Shown here: one piece after another, positions 13,623 through 24,824 of the stretch | How positions within the stretch are numbered: position 1 is the stretch's first letter | Layout: every line of letters begins with the position of its first letter | Source: Nannocystales bacterium | GTDB lineage: Bacteria > Myxococcota_A > Polyangia > Nannocystales > Nannocystaceae | Direction of reading: 5' to 3' | Assembly (NCBI GenBank): GCA_050633305.1 | Contig: JBOEGF010000024.1 | Span: 320,001-384,000, forward strand | Length of the DNA: 64,000 nt | Position numbers and translations under genes: made by a program | The notes under the pieces: generated by a model | What the model saw: only the letters and a program-made list of their open reading frames with translations | Told to the model about the DNA's origin: nothing | Databases searched by the model: none

Positions 13623-14735
13623 ATGACCCGGCCCCTTGCGTTGGAAGTGACGGTGCCCACCGAGGACCTGAGTTACCCGGTGAAGGTCGGGGCGGGTTTG
13701 CTCGACATCGTCGGCGACACGATGCGACGGGTCACGCCCCGGGCGCGGCGAGTCGCGATCATCTCGGACACGAACGTGCTGCCGCTGTACGGCGAGCGCG
13801 TTCGTGCGTCCCTCGAGGCAGCAGGGCTTTCCGTGGTCTGTCACGAGATCCCGCCGGGAGAGTCGAGCAAGACTCCCGAGCGCATGGTGGGGCTGGTCTC
13901 AGCGCTGGTGGCGGATGGATTGGGCCGAGCCGACGCGGTCTTGGCCTTGGGGGGAGGCGTCGTTGGGGACTTGGCCGGCCTGGTGGCAGCCTTGTTCATG
14001 CGGGGCATCGACGTCGTGCAGTGCCCCACGTCCTTGCTCGCACAGGTCGATGCGTCGGTTGGGGGAAAGGTCGCGGTCGACCTCCCTGAGGGGAAGAATC
14101 TGCTCGGCGCGTTCGCCTTTCCGAGAGCGGTCGTCATCGACCCCACCGTGTTGCAGACACTCCCCGACGAGGAACTCGGGTGTGGTGTCGCAGAGATGCT
14201 CAAGCACGGCGCGCTGTTCGACCCCGAGCACTTCGCTGCCGTGCGCGACCAGGCCGAGGCCATCTACCGTCGCGACGTGGCGGTCCTCGGCCCGCACGTC
14301 GCGATCTCGGTCGGCCTGAAAGCGGCGTGCGTGATTCGCGACCCGCGCGAGCGGTCCGACGCTGGCAAAGGTCGAATCGCGCTGAACCTAGGGCACACGG
14401 TGGGGCACGCCCTGGAACTCGGCGAGGATTACGCACTCAAGCACGGACAGGCTGTCGGCTTGGGATTGCTCGCCGCGGCCCGGCTCTCGAGGCGCTTGGG
14501 GCTGACCACCGTCGATCTCGAGGGGCGCATCCGCACAGCCCTCGAGGCGGTGCGGCTTCCGACGGACCTGGACCGCTATCTGACCGCGGACCGCCGTCCA
14601 GCTCTGATCGAGGCCATGGCCCGGGACAAGAAGCGGGGTGCACATCGCGAGATCACCTACATCGGTCTGGCCCGGCTCGGTGAGCCGCGGGTGCTGACGC
14701 TGGCGCCAGAATCCATCCTCGACGCGATCGTTTGA
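13623..14735 (+). CDS. aroB: 3-dehydroquinate synthase
   Basis: GESSK, ALGGGVVGDLAG, PTSLLAQVDASVGGK, KNLLGAF, LNLGHTVGHALE, HGQAVGLG. Confidence 0.96.
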   Translation: MTRPLALEVTVPTEDLSYPVKVGAGLLDIVGDTMRRVTPRARRVAIISDTNVLPLYGERVRASLEAAGLSVVCHEIPPGESSKTPERMVGLVSALVADGLGRADAVLALGGGVVGDLAGLVAALFMRGIDVVQCPTSLLAQVDASVGGKVAVDLPEGKNLLGAFAFPRAVVIDPTVLQTLPDEELGCGVAEMLKHGALFDPEHFAAVRDQAEAIYRRDVAVLGPHVAISVGLKAACVIRDPRERSDAGKGRIALNLGHTVGHALELGEDYALKHGQAVGLGLLAAARLSRRLGLTTVDLEGRIRTALEAVRLPTDLDRYLTADRRPALIEAMARDKKRGAHREITYIGLARLGEPRVLTLAPESILDAIV

Positions 14736-14834
14736 GCCCATCGAACGGGGCTCGCTTGCGCGTTTCTTTGGTTGTCGCCAAAGCCCTTGCTACGCTTGAG
14801 GCGCGCTACCCCCTGGGTGGCCGCTGGGTGCGTC

Positions 14835-15752
14835 ATGAAGGTTCTCAAGCTCACGTCCGTCGCCGTCGCTCTGGCAGCCCTTCCTTTGCTCGGCTCCTGT
14901 GCCGACCAACAGGAGTCGATCATCATCGCCGGAGCTCCATCGTGGATGGGGGGACGGTGCAGTGTGGATGTGCCCGCGCAGGCCTACCTGGCTGGTGGGA
15001 GCTTGGATATTCGCTTCGAGACCGAGTACATGGTCCCGCTGGAGATCCAAAACCAGCTGCAGCCCCAGGCCGCCGACGCGAGCAACAGCGGGACGGACAA
15101 CTCCGAGTTCCAGATCTCGGGCGTGGACGTGAGCCTGTCCAGCAACCAGGTTCCGGACCTGATCGACCGGCTCGCTGCGGAGGAAGGCGGGGATGCGTTC
15201 ATCAACTTCTCGCCCGCGGTTGCGACGAACTCGATCTCCGGTGGCGGTCAGCTGGGCTACCTGGTGCCGGGGATCCCCGCGGGCACCGCTTCCAAGCTTG
15301 CGGAATACCGTGTCGCCGAAGCTCTGCTGGCAGGTGATGCGGCCCAAGCCGCGCTGGAGGCCGCAAATCCCGACGCGACCGATTCCGAGATCCTCGCAGC
15401 ACGTCTTCCTGCGGAGAACAACGTGCTCAAGCGGGTTGAGACCCTTCTCGTGTCGATTGTCGTTCGCGCCCGTCGGACCGGGAACCGATCGGGGAACGTC
15501 GGGGAGATCGAGGCGCGTCAGTTCGAGTTTCCCGTCGACATCTGTCACGGGTGCCTCGTCACTTGCACGACTTGTAGCTTCGAGGCCGATGTCGACGCCG
15601 ACGGTGTCGACGAGACGATCACAGGCGAGTGTCCCGACTCGTCGGTTGTCAACGCACCGACAACTCGGCTGTTCTTGGGAGAGTTTGCCGGCGTGTCCCT
15701 GGACTGCCCATCCGCCCAGGACTCCAGGTTCGTCCCCGCGGACTGCGCTTGA
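14835..15752 (+). CDS. Cys-containing lipoprotein of unknown function
   Basis: MKVLKLTSVAVALAALPLLGSC lipobox. C-terminal 'FEFPVDICHGCLVTCTTC...C...C...C'. Sits directly upstream of mglC. Confidence 0.8.
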   Translation: MKVLKLTSVAVALAALPLLGSCADQQESIIIAGAPSWMGGRCSVDVPAQAYLAGGSLDIRFETEYMVPLEIQNQLQPQAADASNSGTDNSEFQISGVDVSLSSNQVPDLIDRLAAEEGGDAFINFSPAVATNSISGGGQLGYLVPGIPAGTASKLAEYRVAEALLAGDAAQAALEAANPDATDSEILAARLPAENNVLKRVETLLVSIVVRARRTGNRSGNVGEIEARQFEFPVDICHGCLVTCTTCSFEADVDADGVDETITGECPDSSVVNAPTTRLFLGEFAGVSLDCPSAQDSRFVPADCA

Positions 15753-15821
15753 GGGCGCGGCCCGACGCAGATCCCTTGACCAACGCGTAGGCGTTGGGCG
15801 ATCCTCGCGCTGCGGACCGCA

Positions 15822-16181
15822 ATGCTGAACGAATCGCTCGAAAAGATCGTGCAGAACACCCCGGGTGCAGCCGGGGCAATCCTGATGGGTTTCGATGGCA
15901 TTGCAGTGATGCAATACGTCGCTCCCGAACACGCTGGGGTCGACATCGAGTCGACGGCGATGGAGTTCTCGTTCCGCTACGTCGAACTTCGCCAGGCCGC
16001 CGCATCCCTCGAGATGGGTGAGGTCACCGACATCACGATCAAGGCGGACAACCGGTCCGTCTGCTGCCGGGTTCTCTCCGACGAGTACTTTGTCGCAATC
16101 GTGCTCGCCGACTCGTCGCACATCGGCAAAGGCCGCTGGATGTTGCGGTCGACCTCAGGCGAACTCCAGGCGGAACTGTAG
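15822..16181 (+). CDS. mglC: Roadblock/LC7 polarity protein MglC
   Basis: 119-aa roadblock protein with MGFDGI (F24, D25, I27, matching the MglC 'FDI' surface motif). Position between the pil genes and accBC-sgmX as in Myxococcus. Confidence 0.85.
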   Translation: MLNESLEKIVQNTPGAAGAILMGFDGIAVMQYVAPEHAGVDIESTAMEFSFRYVELRQAAASLEMGEVTDITIKADNRSVCCRVLSDEYFVAIVLADSSHIGKGRWMLRSTSGELQAEL

Positions 16182-16259
16182 CGCTCGGACGGCACCCCGT
16201 CTGGACCGCGGCCGGCGTGGTCGAGCCCACTTGGGCTGAGTCGAGATAGACTGCGGCTC

Positions 16260-16739
16260 ATGCAAGTCGCGGTGACGGTCGTTCACGGACCGAATCTGAA
16301 TCTCCTCGGCACCCGAGAGCCGGAGATCTACGGCTCAACCTCGCTCGCCGAACTCGATGCTCGTCTCGTTCGGCACGGCCGGGACCGGGGTGTGGAGGTC
16401 GTGTGCCATCAGAGCAACAGCGAAGGCGGCATCATTGACCTCGTCCACGCCGCGCCGGGTCCGATCGTCATCAACCCCGCCGGATACACGCACACGTCGG
16501 TCGCGATCGCGGACGCGCTGCGTGCTGTTTTGGGCCCGGTCGTCGAGGTCCACCTGTCCAACATCTACGCGCGGGAGGCTGTCAGGCAGGTCTCCGTCAC
16601 CGCCGCGGCGTGCGAGGGGGTCGTGATGGGTTTGGGCGTGAACTCATACGTCTTGGCGCTTGAAGCCGTGCTGGAAATGATAGGGTCCGGCGCCGAGAGG
16701 TCCTCACAGGGACCCAACGCATCTCGCGAGCTACCATGA
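16260..16739 (+). CDS. aroQ: type II 3-dehydroquinate dehydratase
   Basis: [51 protein letters not shown]. Confidence 0.97.
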   Translation: MQVAVTVVHGPNLNLLGTREPEIYGSTSLAELDARLVRHGRDRGVEVVCHQSNSEGGIIDLVHAAPGPIVINPAGYTHTSVAIADALRAVLGPVVEVHLSNIYAREAVRQVSVTAAACEGVVMGLGVNSYVLALEAVLEMIGSGAERSSQGPNASRELP

Positions 16740-17230
16740 GCAACGAGAACGACTCCAAGCTTCCCGACCTCAGCTACATCCGAGAGCTGGCCGGCATCTT
16801 TCAAGACCACGAACTCGACGAGCTCGAGATCGAGACCGGTGAGACCCGGATGCTGCTTCGCCGTGGGGACATGCCCGTGGTTCAGCACGCCGCCGCACCC
16901 GTGGCCGCTGCGCCCGTCGCAGCGGTTGCCGCTCCTGTCGCGGTTGCTGCTCCGGCGGCAGCCCCGGCCGCGGCCCCGGCTGAACTCCCGGGCGATTTCA
17001 TCACATCGCCGTTCGTGGGGACGTTCTACTCCGCACCCCGTCCGGATGCGCCCTCGTTTGTCGAGGTTGGCGCCAAGGTTCAGCCCGGTGCGACCGTCTG
17101 CATCGTCGAGGCGATGAAGCTGTTCAACGAGATTGAGACGGACTTCGCCTGCACCATCGAGGAAGTCCTCGTCGAAGCCGGGCAGCCCGTGGAATATGGC
17201 GCGAAGCTGTTCCGGGTGACCAAGCAGTGA
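16736..17230 (+). CDS. accB: acetyl-CoA carboxylase biotin carboxyl carrier protein
   Basis: Ala/Pro linker, [17 protein letters not shown] biotinylation motif. Confidence 0.97.
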   Translation: MSNENDSKLPDLSYIRELAGIFQDHELDELEIETGETRMLLRRGDMPVVQHAAAPVAAAPVAAVAAPVAVAAPAAAPAAAPAELPGDFITSPFVGTFYSAPRPDAPSFVEVGAKVQPGATVCIVEAMKLFNEIETDFACTIEEVLVEAGQPVEYGAKLFRVTKQ

Positions 17231-18603
17231 CGCAGCCGATCCGCAAGGTTCTGATCGCGAACCGGGGCGAGATCGCGCTCCGTGTCATCCGCGCTTGCCG
17301 CGAGCTCGGGATTCGAACCGTCGCAGTGCATTCCACTGTGGACGCGGAGGCATTGCACACTCGCTTCGCCGATGAGGCGGTCTGCATTGGCCCGGGGCCG
17401 TCCCCGTCGAGCTACCTACACATTCCCAACCTCATCGCGGCCGCCGAGCTTTCGGGGGCCGATGCGGTTCACCCAGGCTACGGCTTTTTGGCCGAACGGG
17501 CGGACTTCGCCCAGATGTGCATCAAGTGCGGCCTCTCCTTCATCGGCCCGCTCCCGGAGCACATGTCGCTGATGGGCGACAAGGTGCAGGCCCGTACTCG
17601 AATGGAGGCCTCCGGTGTTCCCGTTCTTCCCGGAACCGGAGTCCTGCAATCGCCGCAGGAGGCCCGGACCGAGGCGGAGCGCATCGGGTTTCCGGTCATC
17701 GTCAAGGCGTCGGCCGGCGGAGGCGGTCGTGGGATGAAGATCGTCCACGACCCGACGGTCCTCGAGCAGACAGTGGCAACGGCGCAGGCTGAGGCGCTGG
17801 CCGCGTTTGGGTGCGGCGACGTCTATCTGGAACGCTATGTGACGAGCCCGCGCCACATCGAAGTGCAGGTCGTCGCGGACCACCACGGCAACGTCGTCGA
17901 CCTGCTGGAGCGCGAGTGCTCCGTTCAGCGTCGGCATCAGAAAATCATGGAGGAGGCTCCCTCCCATGAGGTTCCCGAAGAGGTCCGGACGGCGCTGCGG
18001 AAGTCTGCGGTGACCGCGGCGAAGGCGATCCACTACCGGTCGGTCGGTACTGTCGAGTTCTTGCTCGATGGAAACGACTTCTATTTCATGGAGATGAACA
18101 CGCGGATCCAGGTGGAGCACTGCGTGACCGAGATGATTACCGGCGTGGACCTCGTCCAGGAGCAGATTCGGATCGCGACCGGGGAGCCCCTGGGGCACCT
18201 TGACCGGGAGCACGAGGCAAAAGGCCACGCGATCGAGTGCCGAATCAACGCAGAAGACCCGGTGACCTTCGCGCCCCAGCCGGGTACGATCGAGGCTCTT
18301 CATTTCCCTGGTGGCTACGGCGTCCGCGTCGACAGCCACGTGTACCAGGGCTACACGGTCTCCCCCCACTACGACTCGATGATCGGCAAGCTCATCACGC
18401 ACGCGCCGACGCGCGAACAGGCCCTCGCCCGGATGAGAGGCGCCCTGGACGAGACGATCGTGCGAGGCATACGCACCAACGTGCCGCTTCACCGATGGCT
18501 TCTCGAGCAGGAGGAGATCATCGCAGGTGGCTACGACACCCACTTCCTAGCCCAAAACCTCGATGTGGATGCAGTGCGAGCCCTCGCTGAAGAGGAGCAC
18601 TAG
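17227..18603 (+). CDS. accC: acetyl-CoA carboxylase biotin carboxylase
   Basis: [61 protein letters not shown]. Confidence 0.97.
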   Translation: MTQPIRKVLIANRGEIALRVIRACRELGIRTVAVHSTVDAEALHTRFADEAVCIGPGPSPSSYLHIPNLIAAAELSGADAVHPGYGFLAERADFAQMCIKCGLSFIGPLPEHMSLMGDKVQARTRMEASGVPVLPGTGVLQSPQEARTEAERIGFPVIVKASAGGGGRGMKIVHDPTVLEQTVATAQAEALAAFGCGDVYLERYVTSPRHIEVQVVADHHGNVVDLLERECSVQRRHQKIMEEAPSHEVPEEVRTALRKSAVTAAKAIHYRSVGTVEFLLDGNDFYFMEMNTRIQVEHCVTEMITGVDLVQEQIRIATGEPLGHLDREHEAKGHAIECRINAEDPVTFAPQPGTIEALHFPGGYGVRVDSHVYQGYTVSPHYDSMIGKLITHAPTREQALARMRGALDETIVRGIRTNVPLHRWLLEQEEIIAGGYDTHFLAQNLDVDAVRALAEEEH

Positions 18604-18617
18604 GCAGGAATTCCCCC

Positions 18618-21600
18618 TTGGCGTTCAGCAAGGACAAAGCCCACGACCGGGCGGAGAAGTACGCGGCTCGCGGTCAGCACGACCGTGCGGCTCGCGAGTA
18701 TCAGACGATCGTCGAACACGACCCGAAGGACGTTCGCGCATGGTTGATGCTCGCGGATTCCCTCGCCCGAACGGGTGACCGCGCAGGCGCGGTGAGTCGC
18801 TACCAGCAAGTTGGGGACTTCTACGCGTCGAGTCGCGAGTTCCAAAAAGCGCTGGCTGTGTATCGGCAGGTGCTGAACCTGGATCCGTCGCGCCTCGACA
18901 TCCACTACAAGTGCGCTCAGCTCAACATGGAGGTGGGCCGGGTGCACGACGCGATCGCAAGCTTCGAGTCGATCGCGCAGAACCAGCTGCAAAGCGGGCG
19001 GGTCGCCGAGGCTCTCGAGACGTACCGGACCATCGCCGACGCCGACCCCACAGTCGTCTCGAAACGACTCCGGCTCGCCGAGCTGTACTCGCGAGAGAAG
19101 ATGGTCGACCCGGCGGTCGAGTCGTTCCGCATGGCATCGCAGGTCTTGCTCGATGCGGGGCGACACGCGGACTACGTCCGGGTTGCCGAGCGCCTCGTCT
19201 ATCACAAACCCACAGACCGAGAGACCATCCGCGAGCTTGCACGGGTTTACCTCCACCTCGGAGATGCCCGACGCGCATTGATGAAACTCAACGGTCTGTT
19301 GCAGGCCGACCCGGGGGATGCCGCCGGGCTCGAGCTGCTCGCCGAAACCTTCATGGCGCTCGGCAAGCCGGACAAGGCCAGCTCGGTGATCGGTGAGTTG
19401 GTCCGCAAGCTTCGCGAAGCTGGCGATGACGCCGCTGCGAGTCGGGCGTTGGACATGGGGCTCGACTGGATCCCCAACGACGCCGAGCTCCTCGCGCTCC
19501 GCGGCGTCCGTGGCAGTGGTGCGGCGCAGCCCGCCGTGGCCGACCCCGTGCCAACCCCGGCAGCCGGGCCGAGCTCAGCGCCTGAGCCGACCCCCGAGCC
19601 CCGTCTGCAGCCCAACCCCGAGCCTGTCGATCCTTCCGACTCCGATTCGGATGCCATCGACCTCGAACTCGACGACTCCGACGTCGTGGAACTCGATGAT
19701 GGCGATTTCGTGCTGACCGACGGCGACGCGGCGCCTGACGACTTCTCCGACGGCATCGACCTCGACTTCGCAGGAGCATCGAACGCGGAGATTCTCCCCG
19801 CGCGCGCCGAGCCCGATCCTGACCCGGAGCGGGATCCGGGTCCGGACCCGAGCACCTCGATGACCGACCACGTCCTCGAGGAGGTCAGTCAAAGCAGCGC
19901 CCGGGGCCAGGACCTGGGTGCGGAAGGAAGCCTTGTCGACGCTTCTGGACTGACGGACTCGGACAAACTCCTGTTCGAGGCGCGGGTGTACGTGAAGTAC
20001 CGGCTGTTCGACCACGCGCTCGAACACCTCGAACCTCTGCTCACCGAACATCCCGAGCACGTCCCCGCGCTCTCCTTGAGCGCGCGCTCTCTGACCGAAC
20101 TCGAGCGTCTCGAGGAGGCGGCCTCGATGCACGCACGCATCGCGGTCCTGGTCGAGGGCGGCGATCCGAAGCTTGCGCGGGAGCATGTTCAGGCTGCCTT
20201 GGCCGTGTCTCCTCGCCACCCCGAAGCACTCGCCGTGCAATCGAGGCTCGAAGGGGGGGCGGCAGACGCCCACGGCACACCGCAAGTCGACGACATCCTC
20301 GACTTCGACGAGGGCGTGGCCGATGACGCGCTCGAGCTCGACGACATCGCGATCGACGTCGCGGAGCCCGAGGCGGAGCTGGAGTTGGACACCAACCCGA
20401 TCGTGGTCGAGAACCGGTTTGGGATCAGTGAAGCTGGTCCGCTTCCCGAGGCCGACCCGAACGCAGGCCTCGCCCTGAGCATCGCGCCCACCGAGCAGAT
20501 GCAGGCGCTGCAGCGGGCGCGGAACAGCGAGGACACGCCAGCCACGGCGTTCATCCCTCGCCATCCCACGGTCGAGATGGATGCGGGGCCGCCAGAGCGC
20601 TCGCCGACCGCGGTCGACATCGAGTCCAAGGCCGCGGCCCACGCAGAGGCGCCCAACGACGGGGACGTCGGTCACAGCGAGGCGATCGCGGAGCTGCTTG
20701 ACGACGAGGACAGCTCGCTCCTCGAGCTCGACCCCGACCCGCAAGAGGCGTCGTTTGCCGACCTCGAGCTACCCGAGCCCGGTCTGGAACCCGGTCCGGA
20801 ACCAGAGCGGGTGGCCGAGTCGGTGGGCGAACCAGAGACTCCGACGCCGGCCCGAGTCACGGCGCCCGAGCCCGACTTCGACGCGGAGTTCGATGCGGCG
20901 TTCGAGGACGGGTTCGACGAGCTTCTCGATGTCGACGCCCCCGAGCCCGTGCTCTCCCAACCCGAGCCCGTCCCGACACCCGCCGCGGAGCCGGTCGCGG
21001 CACCCGCTGCCGAGCCGCAAGCCGAGCCGGCTCTTCAGCCTCCCGGCGGCTGGCCTGATCTGTCCGACGACCTGGCGGAGATTCGCTTCTACCTCGACCA
21101 AGGCCTGGACGAGGATGCCGACGCTGCGCTCGCGGAGCTCGCGGAGGAGCATCCTGGGCATCCCGAAATTGCCAAGATGAGAGGTGAGGTGTCCGGTGTG
21201 CAATCGCCCGCGCCTGCGGAGTCCGCGGGGGCAATGCCGTTGGTCGATCTCGATGGTGCAGAGGCGGCCGAGGCAGACGGCAACCCGGTCAGTGCTGACG
21301 CGGACGCCGACGAGGACGCGTACCTCTCCGCGATCTTCGGCGGCGGTGGCGAGAAGTCCCCGAAGGGGGCTGCGAAGACGCAGAACTCGGTCGGCGTGTC
21401 GGCCAAGGCTCAGGACGTGGCGGGGGCCAACGCCCGAGACCGCTTCGACTTGGGAATGGCGTACCGCGAGATGGGCTTGGTCGACTCGGCGGTCGCTGAG
21501 TTCGAGGGCGCCTGTTCCGACCCTCAGTGGGAGTCTCGGGCACGCGTGATGCTCGGCGCGCTTCGGGTGCTACAGGGCGATATCGATGCCGCCGTCAGTG

Positions 21601-21776
21601 ACCTGCAACGGGCATCGGAGACCGCAAGCAACGATGAGGAGCAGAGCTCGGCGGCGTACGAGCTTGCGGTCGTCTACGAAAAGACGGGCGACAACGCGGC
21701 CGCCATCGAGTTGTTCGAGGGCATTGCCGCTGGGTTCCGGGAACGCGACACCAAGCTTGCACAGCTTCGAGGCTGA
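18618..21776 (+). CDS. sgmX: TPR protein SgmX (MglA effector/type IV pilus activator)
   Basis: N-terminal TPR array, acidic Pro-rich linkers, 'EARVYVKYRL' and 'LAEIRFYLDQGL' helical modules, C-terminal TPRs 'FDLGMAYREMGL'. Follows accC as in Myxococcus. TTG start. Confidence 0.8.
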   Translation: MAFSKDKAHDRAEKYAARGQHDRAAREYQTIVEHDPKDVRAWLMLADSLARTGDRAGAVSRYQQVGDFYASSREFQKALAVYRQVLNLDPSRLDIHYKCAQLNMEVGRVHDAIASFESIAQNQLQSGRVAEALETYRTIADADPTVVSKRLRLAELYSREKMVDPAVESFRMASQVLLDAGRHADYVRVAERLVYHKPTDRETIRELARVYLHLGDARRALMKLNGLLQADPGDAAGLELLAETFMALGKPDKASSVIGELVRKLREAGDDAAASRALDMGLDWIPNDAELLALRGVRGSGAAQPAVADPVPTPAAGPSSAPEPTPEPRLQPNPEPVDPSDSDSDAIDLELDDSDVVELDDGDFVLTDGDAAPDDFSDGIDLDFAGASNAEILPARAEPDPDPERDPGPDPSTSMTDHVLEEVSQSSARGQDLGAEGSLVDASGLTDSDKLLFEARVYVKYRLFDHALEHLEPLLTEHPEHVPALSLSARSLTELERLEEAASMHARIAVLVEGGDPKLAREHVQAALAVSPRHPEALAVQSRLEGGAADAHGTPQVDDILDFDEGVADDALELDDIAIDVAEPEAELELDTNPIVVENRFGISEAGPLPEADPNAGLALSIAPTEQMQALQRARNSEDTPATAFIPRHPTVEMDAGPPERSPTAVDIESKAAAHAEAPNDGDVGHSEAIAELLDDEDSSLLELDPDPQEASFADLELPEPGLEPGPEPERVAESVGEPETPTPARVTAPEPDFDAEFDAAFEDGFDELLDVDAPEPVLSQPEPVPTPAAEPVAAPAAEPQAEPALQPPGGWPDLSDDLAEIRFYLDQGLDEDADAALAELAEEHPGHPEIAKMRGEVSGVQSPAPAESAGAMPLVDLDGAEAAEADGNPVSADADADEDAYLSAIFGGGGEKSPKGAAKTQNSVGVSAKAQDVAGANARDRFDLGMAYREMGLVDSAVAEFEGACSDPQWESRARVMLGALRVLQGDIDAAVSDLQRASETASNDEEQSSAAYELAVVYEKTGDNAAAIELFEGIAAGFRERDTKLAQLRG

Positions 21777-21778
21777 CC

Positions 21779-22963
21779 ATGGCCGACTCCGACAAGCCAG
21801 GACCTTCGACGCGAGCTGTTCACGACGGCGAGCCGAGGGTCCGGGCGGATCGGAGCATCGCGACCCCGGTCGTGCATGCGAGCACGTTCCCCTTCGAGAA
21901 CACCGCGGAGCTCGTGTCGTTCATGCGGGGCGAGCACGAGCGGCCTCAAGAGTACGGCCGGTACGGCAACCCCACCGTCGCTGCCTGTGAAGCCAAGCTC
22001 GCGGCGTTGGAAGGCGGCGAGTCGGCCGTGCTGACCAGCTCGGGGATGTCTGCGATCACGACCACGCTGTTCGCGATGCTCAAAGCGGGCGCCCACGTGG
22101 TGTTCACCAGCGACGTGTACCGAAAGACTCGTCACTTCGCGCTGTCGGTCCTGCAGCGATACGGGGTCGAGGTCGACATTGTTCCGCCGAGCGTCGAGGC
22201 CCTTCGTGCCGCGATGCGACCCGCGACGAAGGTCGTCTTCACAGAGGCTCCCACCAACCCCTATGGGCGCTTGGTCGACCTCGATGGGTTGGTCGCGCTT
22301 GCGAAGGAGCACCGCGCCAAGACGATCATCGACGCCACCTTTGCGACGCCGGTCAACATGCGGCCGCTCGAGCACGGCATCGACCTCGTCATCCACTCCA
22401 CGACCAAGTACCTCGGGGGGCATAACGATTTGCTCGGCGGTGTCGTGGTCGGTAAGCGGCCGATGCTGGAGGCGATTCGCGAGCAGCACGGCACGTTGGG
22501 AGCGGTGGCCGATCCGCAAACCGCTTTCCTCACGATGCGCGGCATCAAGACGCTCGGCCTGCGCGTCGCGCAGCAGAACCAGACCGCGTTGAGGCTCGCG
22601 GCGATGCTGGAGGGGCACCCGGCGGTGGCCCAGGTCTGGTACCCGATGCTGGAGAGCCACCCCGACCATGAGCTGGCCCGCCGCTACCTGCGAGGGGGCG
22701 GCGGTGTGCTGTCGTTCGAGCTGTGCGGTGGGCTGGACGCGGGCACCCGACTCGTCGACGCTGTGCGAATCCCCAAGTTGGCGGCCTCGCTGGGCGGGGT
22801 GGAGAGCCTGATCGAGCAGCCGCCCTTGATGAGTTTCTTCGAGCTTTCCCCGGAGCAGCGGGCCGCGTTGGGCATCAAAGAAGGCCTGATCCGGATGAGT
22901 GTGGGCATCGAGGACGCGCAGGACCTCGAAGCCGACCTCCAGCGCGCGCTCGACGGGCTCTAA
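21779..22963 (+). CDS. Cys/Met metabolism PLP enzyme (cystathionine gamma-synthase/lyase family)
   Basis: YGRYGNPT, SSGMSAI, EAPTNP, DATFATP, HSTTKYLGGHND, SLGGVESL, LIRMSVGIED. Confidence 0.93.
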   Translation: MADSDKPGPSTRAVHDGEPRVRADRSIATPVVHASTFPFENTAELVSFMRGEHERPQEYGRYGNPTVAACEAKLAALEGGESAVLTSSGMSAITTTLFAMLKAGAHVVFTSDVYRKTRHFALSVLQRYGVEVDIVPPSVEALRAAMRPATKVVFTEAPTNPYGRLVDLDGLVALAKEHRAKTIIDATFATPVNMRPLEHGIDLVIHSTTKYLGGHNDLLGGVVVGKRPMLEAIREQHGTLGAVADPQTAFLTMRGIKTLGLRVAQQNQTALRLAAMLEGHPAVAQVWYPMLESHPDHELARRYLRGGGGVLSFELCGGLDAGTRLVDAVRIPKLAASLGGVESLIEQPPLMSFFELSPEQRAALGIKEGLIRMSVGIEDAQDLEADLQRALDGL

Positions 22964-23096
22964 CTGGCGCTCGGTCGCGCAAGGGGCGCGGGGAACACGC
23001 GGAGGCTGCGGCCCACACGGATGGCGCTGAGGCCTTTGTCACCGGGCTGGGACTTTGCTATGCAGCCGTCCTCCCGCGACGCGAGGACCAAGAAAA

Positions 23097-24443
23097 ATGG
23101 AAAGTAGCATCGAGCGCATCAGTCCCGTCGAGTGTCGAGTCAAGGTGGAGATTCCGTGGGCGGATGTCTCGACGCGGCTCATTGGCAAGATGCGTGACCT
23201 TCGTCGTCAGGCGCGTCTGCCTGGCTTCCGCGCTGGCAAAGTGCCGGACAAGGTTCTTGAGCAGCGGTTCGGCAAAGGCGTCCGCGAAGAGCTCGCCGGA
23301 GAGCTCGTCCAAGAGACCTTTCAAACGGCGATGACCGAGCACGAGACGCAGCCGCTGACACAGCCGGTCGTCGAGGAGAGCTCGCTCGAGAAACAGCAGC
23401 CGTTTCGATACCAGGCACGTTTCGAGGTTCGCCCCGAGATCGAGCCCAAGGACTACACCGGCGTCTCCGTCCGTCGCCGTCCGGCCGTGGTCGATTCCGC
23501 GAAGGTCGATGCCGACCTCGAGGAACGCCGCAAGAAGCTGACCGAACTTCGGCCGCTGCCCGAGGACGACAAGCGTGAAGAAACCGCCGCTGGCGATGTC
23601 TGGACCATCGACGTCGAGGGCACCTTGGGCGAGCAGCGGGTCGCTCGCAAGGACGTCCGCGTCGACATCGGCGAGACCGAGAGCGAGTTCATCCCTGGCC
23701 TCAGCGCCGCGCTCGAGAGCCTGAAGCTCTCCGAAGTTGGCTCGATCAAGACGATCTCTTTCACGCCCCCCGAGGACCGAATCCGGGCCGAGCTCAAAGG
23801 ACAAGAAGCCAAGCTCGAGCTGGGTCTGCGTGAGGTCCGACTCAAGTACGTCCCCGAGCTCGACGACGAGTTCGCCAAGGACACGGGCGACGCCGAGACG
23901 CTCGAGGAGCTCAAGGCCAAGATCTCTGAGGACATCAAGAAGGCGGACGGGGACGAAGCCGAGCGTGAAGCCCGTCGTCGTCTCCTCACCTCGTTGCTCG
24001 AGGGCAACGAGTTCGAGCCTGCTCCCTCGATGGTCGCTCGCGAGGTGGCTGCACAGCTCGACCAGACCAAGCGTCAGCTCGCCCAGCAGGGCATGCGGCT
24101 GGAGCACATGGGCACGAACGAGCAGCAGTACGCTGCTCGCATCCGGCCCGAGGCCCTGTTCAACGTCAAAGCGTTCCTTCTGCTCGACGCGATCGGCAAG
24201 AAGGAGACCATCGAGGTCAGCGATGAGGACGTGCAGGCTCGTGTCAACGAGATGGCCGAGGAGTCCGGGCAAAACGTCGACCGCATGCGCGCATCGATGG
24301 AGAAGAGCGGACAGCTCGTGATGATTCAGGCCGGTCTTCGCGAAGAGCGGATCTTCGACTTTCTCATGGAGAAGGCCGAAGTCACCGAGGCGCCCGACCC
24401 CGAGCCCGAAGGCGACGCACCGGCCGACGGCGACAACGGCTGA
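23097..24443 (+). CDS. tig: trigger factor
   Basis: PGFRAGKVP ribosome-binding signature, FEVRPE, PELDDEFAK. Followed by clpP-clpX. Confidence 0.95.
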   Translation: MESSIERISPVECRVKVEIPWADVSTRLIGKMRDLRRQARLPGFRAGKVPDKVLEQRFGKGVREELAGELVQETFQTAMTEHETQPLTQPVVEESSLEKQQPFRYQARFEVRPEIEPKDYTGVSVRRRPAVVDSAKVDADLEERRKKLTELRPLPEDDKREETAAGDVWTIDVEGTLGEQRVARKDVRVDIGETESEFIPGLSAALESLKLSEVGSIKTISFTPPEDRIRAELKGQEAKLELGLREVRLKYVPELDDEFAKDTGDAETLEELKAKISEDIKKADGDEAEREARRRLLTSLLEGNEFEPAPSMVAREVAAQLDQTKRQLAQQGMRLEHMGTNEQQYAARIRPEALFNVKAFLLLDAIGKKETIEVSDEDVQARVNEMAEESGQNVDRMRASMEKSGQLVMIQAGLREERIFDFLMEKAEVTEAPDPEPEGDAPADGDNG

Positions 24444-24485
24444 TCTGGCGGATTTCGCCGGCTGCGGCCGGCTGCCGCCGCATGG

Positions 24486-24515
24486 AGGGGCGTCTCGATG
24501 AGGCGTCCCTTTTTT
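24486..24515 (+). terminator. intrinsic terminator after tig
   Basis: AGGGGCGTCTC-gat-GAGGCGTCCCT followed by a T-run. Confidence 0.75.
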
Positions 24516-24824
24516 CGTTCGGCGGCAGAAGGCGCCTTGCGCCAGGTCCGGTCACACCCGATCTGGGACGCTTCCCCGGTCAGCCGGGGCGGGGGCCTAC
24601 CGTTTTGGACCGCTCCAGGGCCTCAAAACCTGCGTTTGGGCGCCGATGACGGCACTTGCATCGTGCGGCTCTGCCGGCCACCATTGCTTCAGGACGATGT
24701 CCTCGTGTCGTTCTCGGGCCGTTCTCGGCCTGGGGCCTTGCATCCAGCCTCCGGGCGTCGCAAAGGAGACCCAGACAGCGTTCTCGCCGCGAGACTGCTT
24801 CACCCCACTCGACCTCCGAAGTTC

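Noticed and set aside
22964..23096. tRNA upstream of tig (a common arrangement)
   Set aside because: No cloverleaf, GTTCRA T-loop or CCA end visible.
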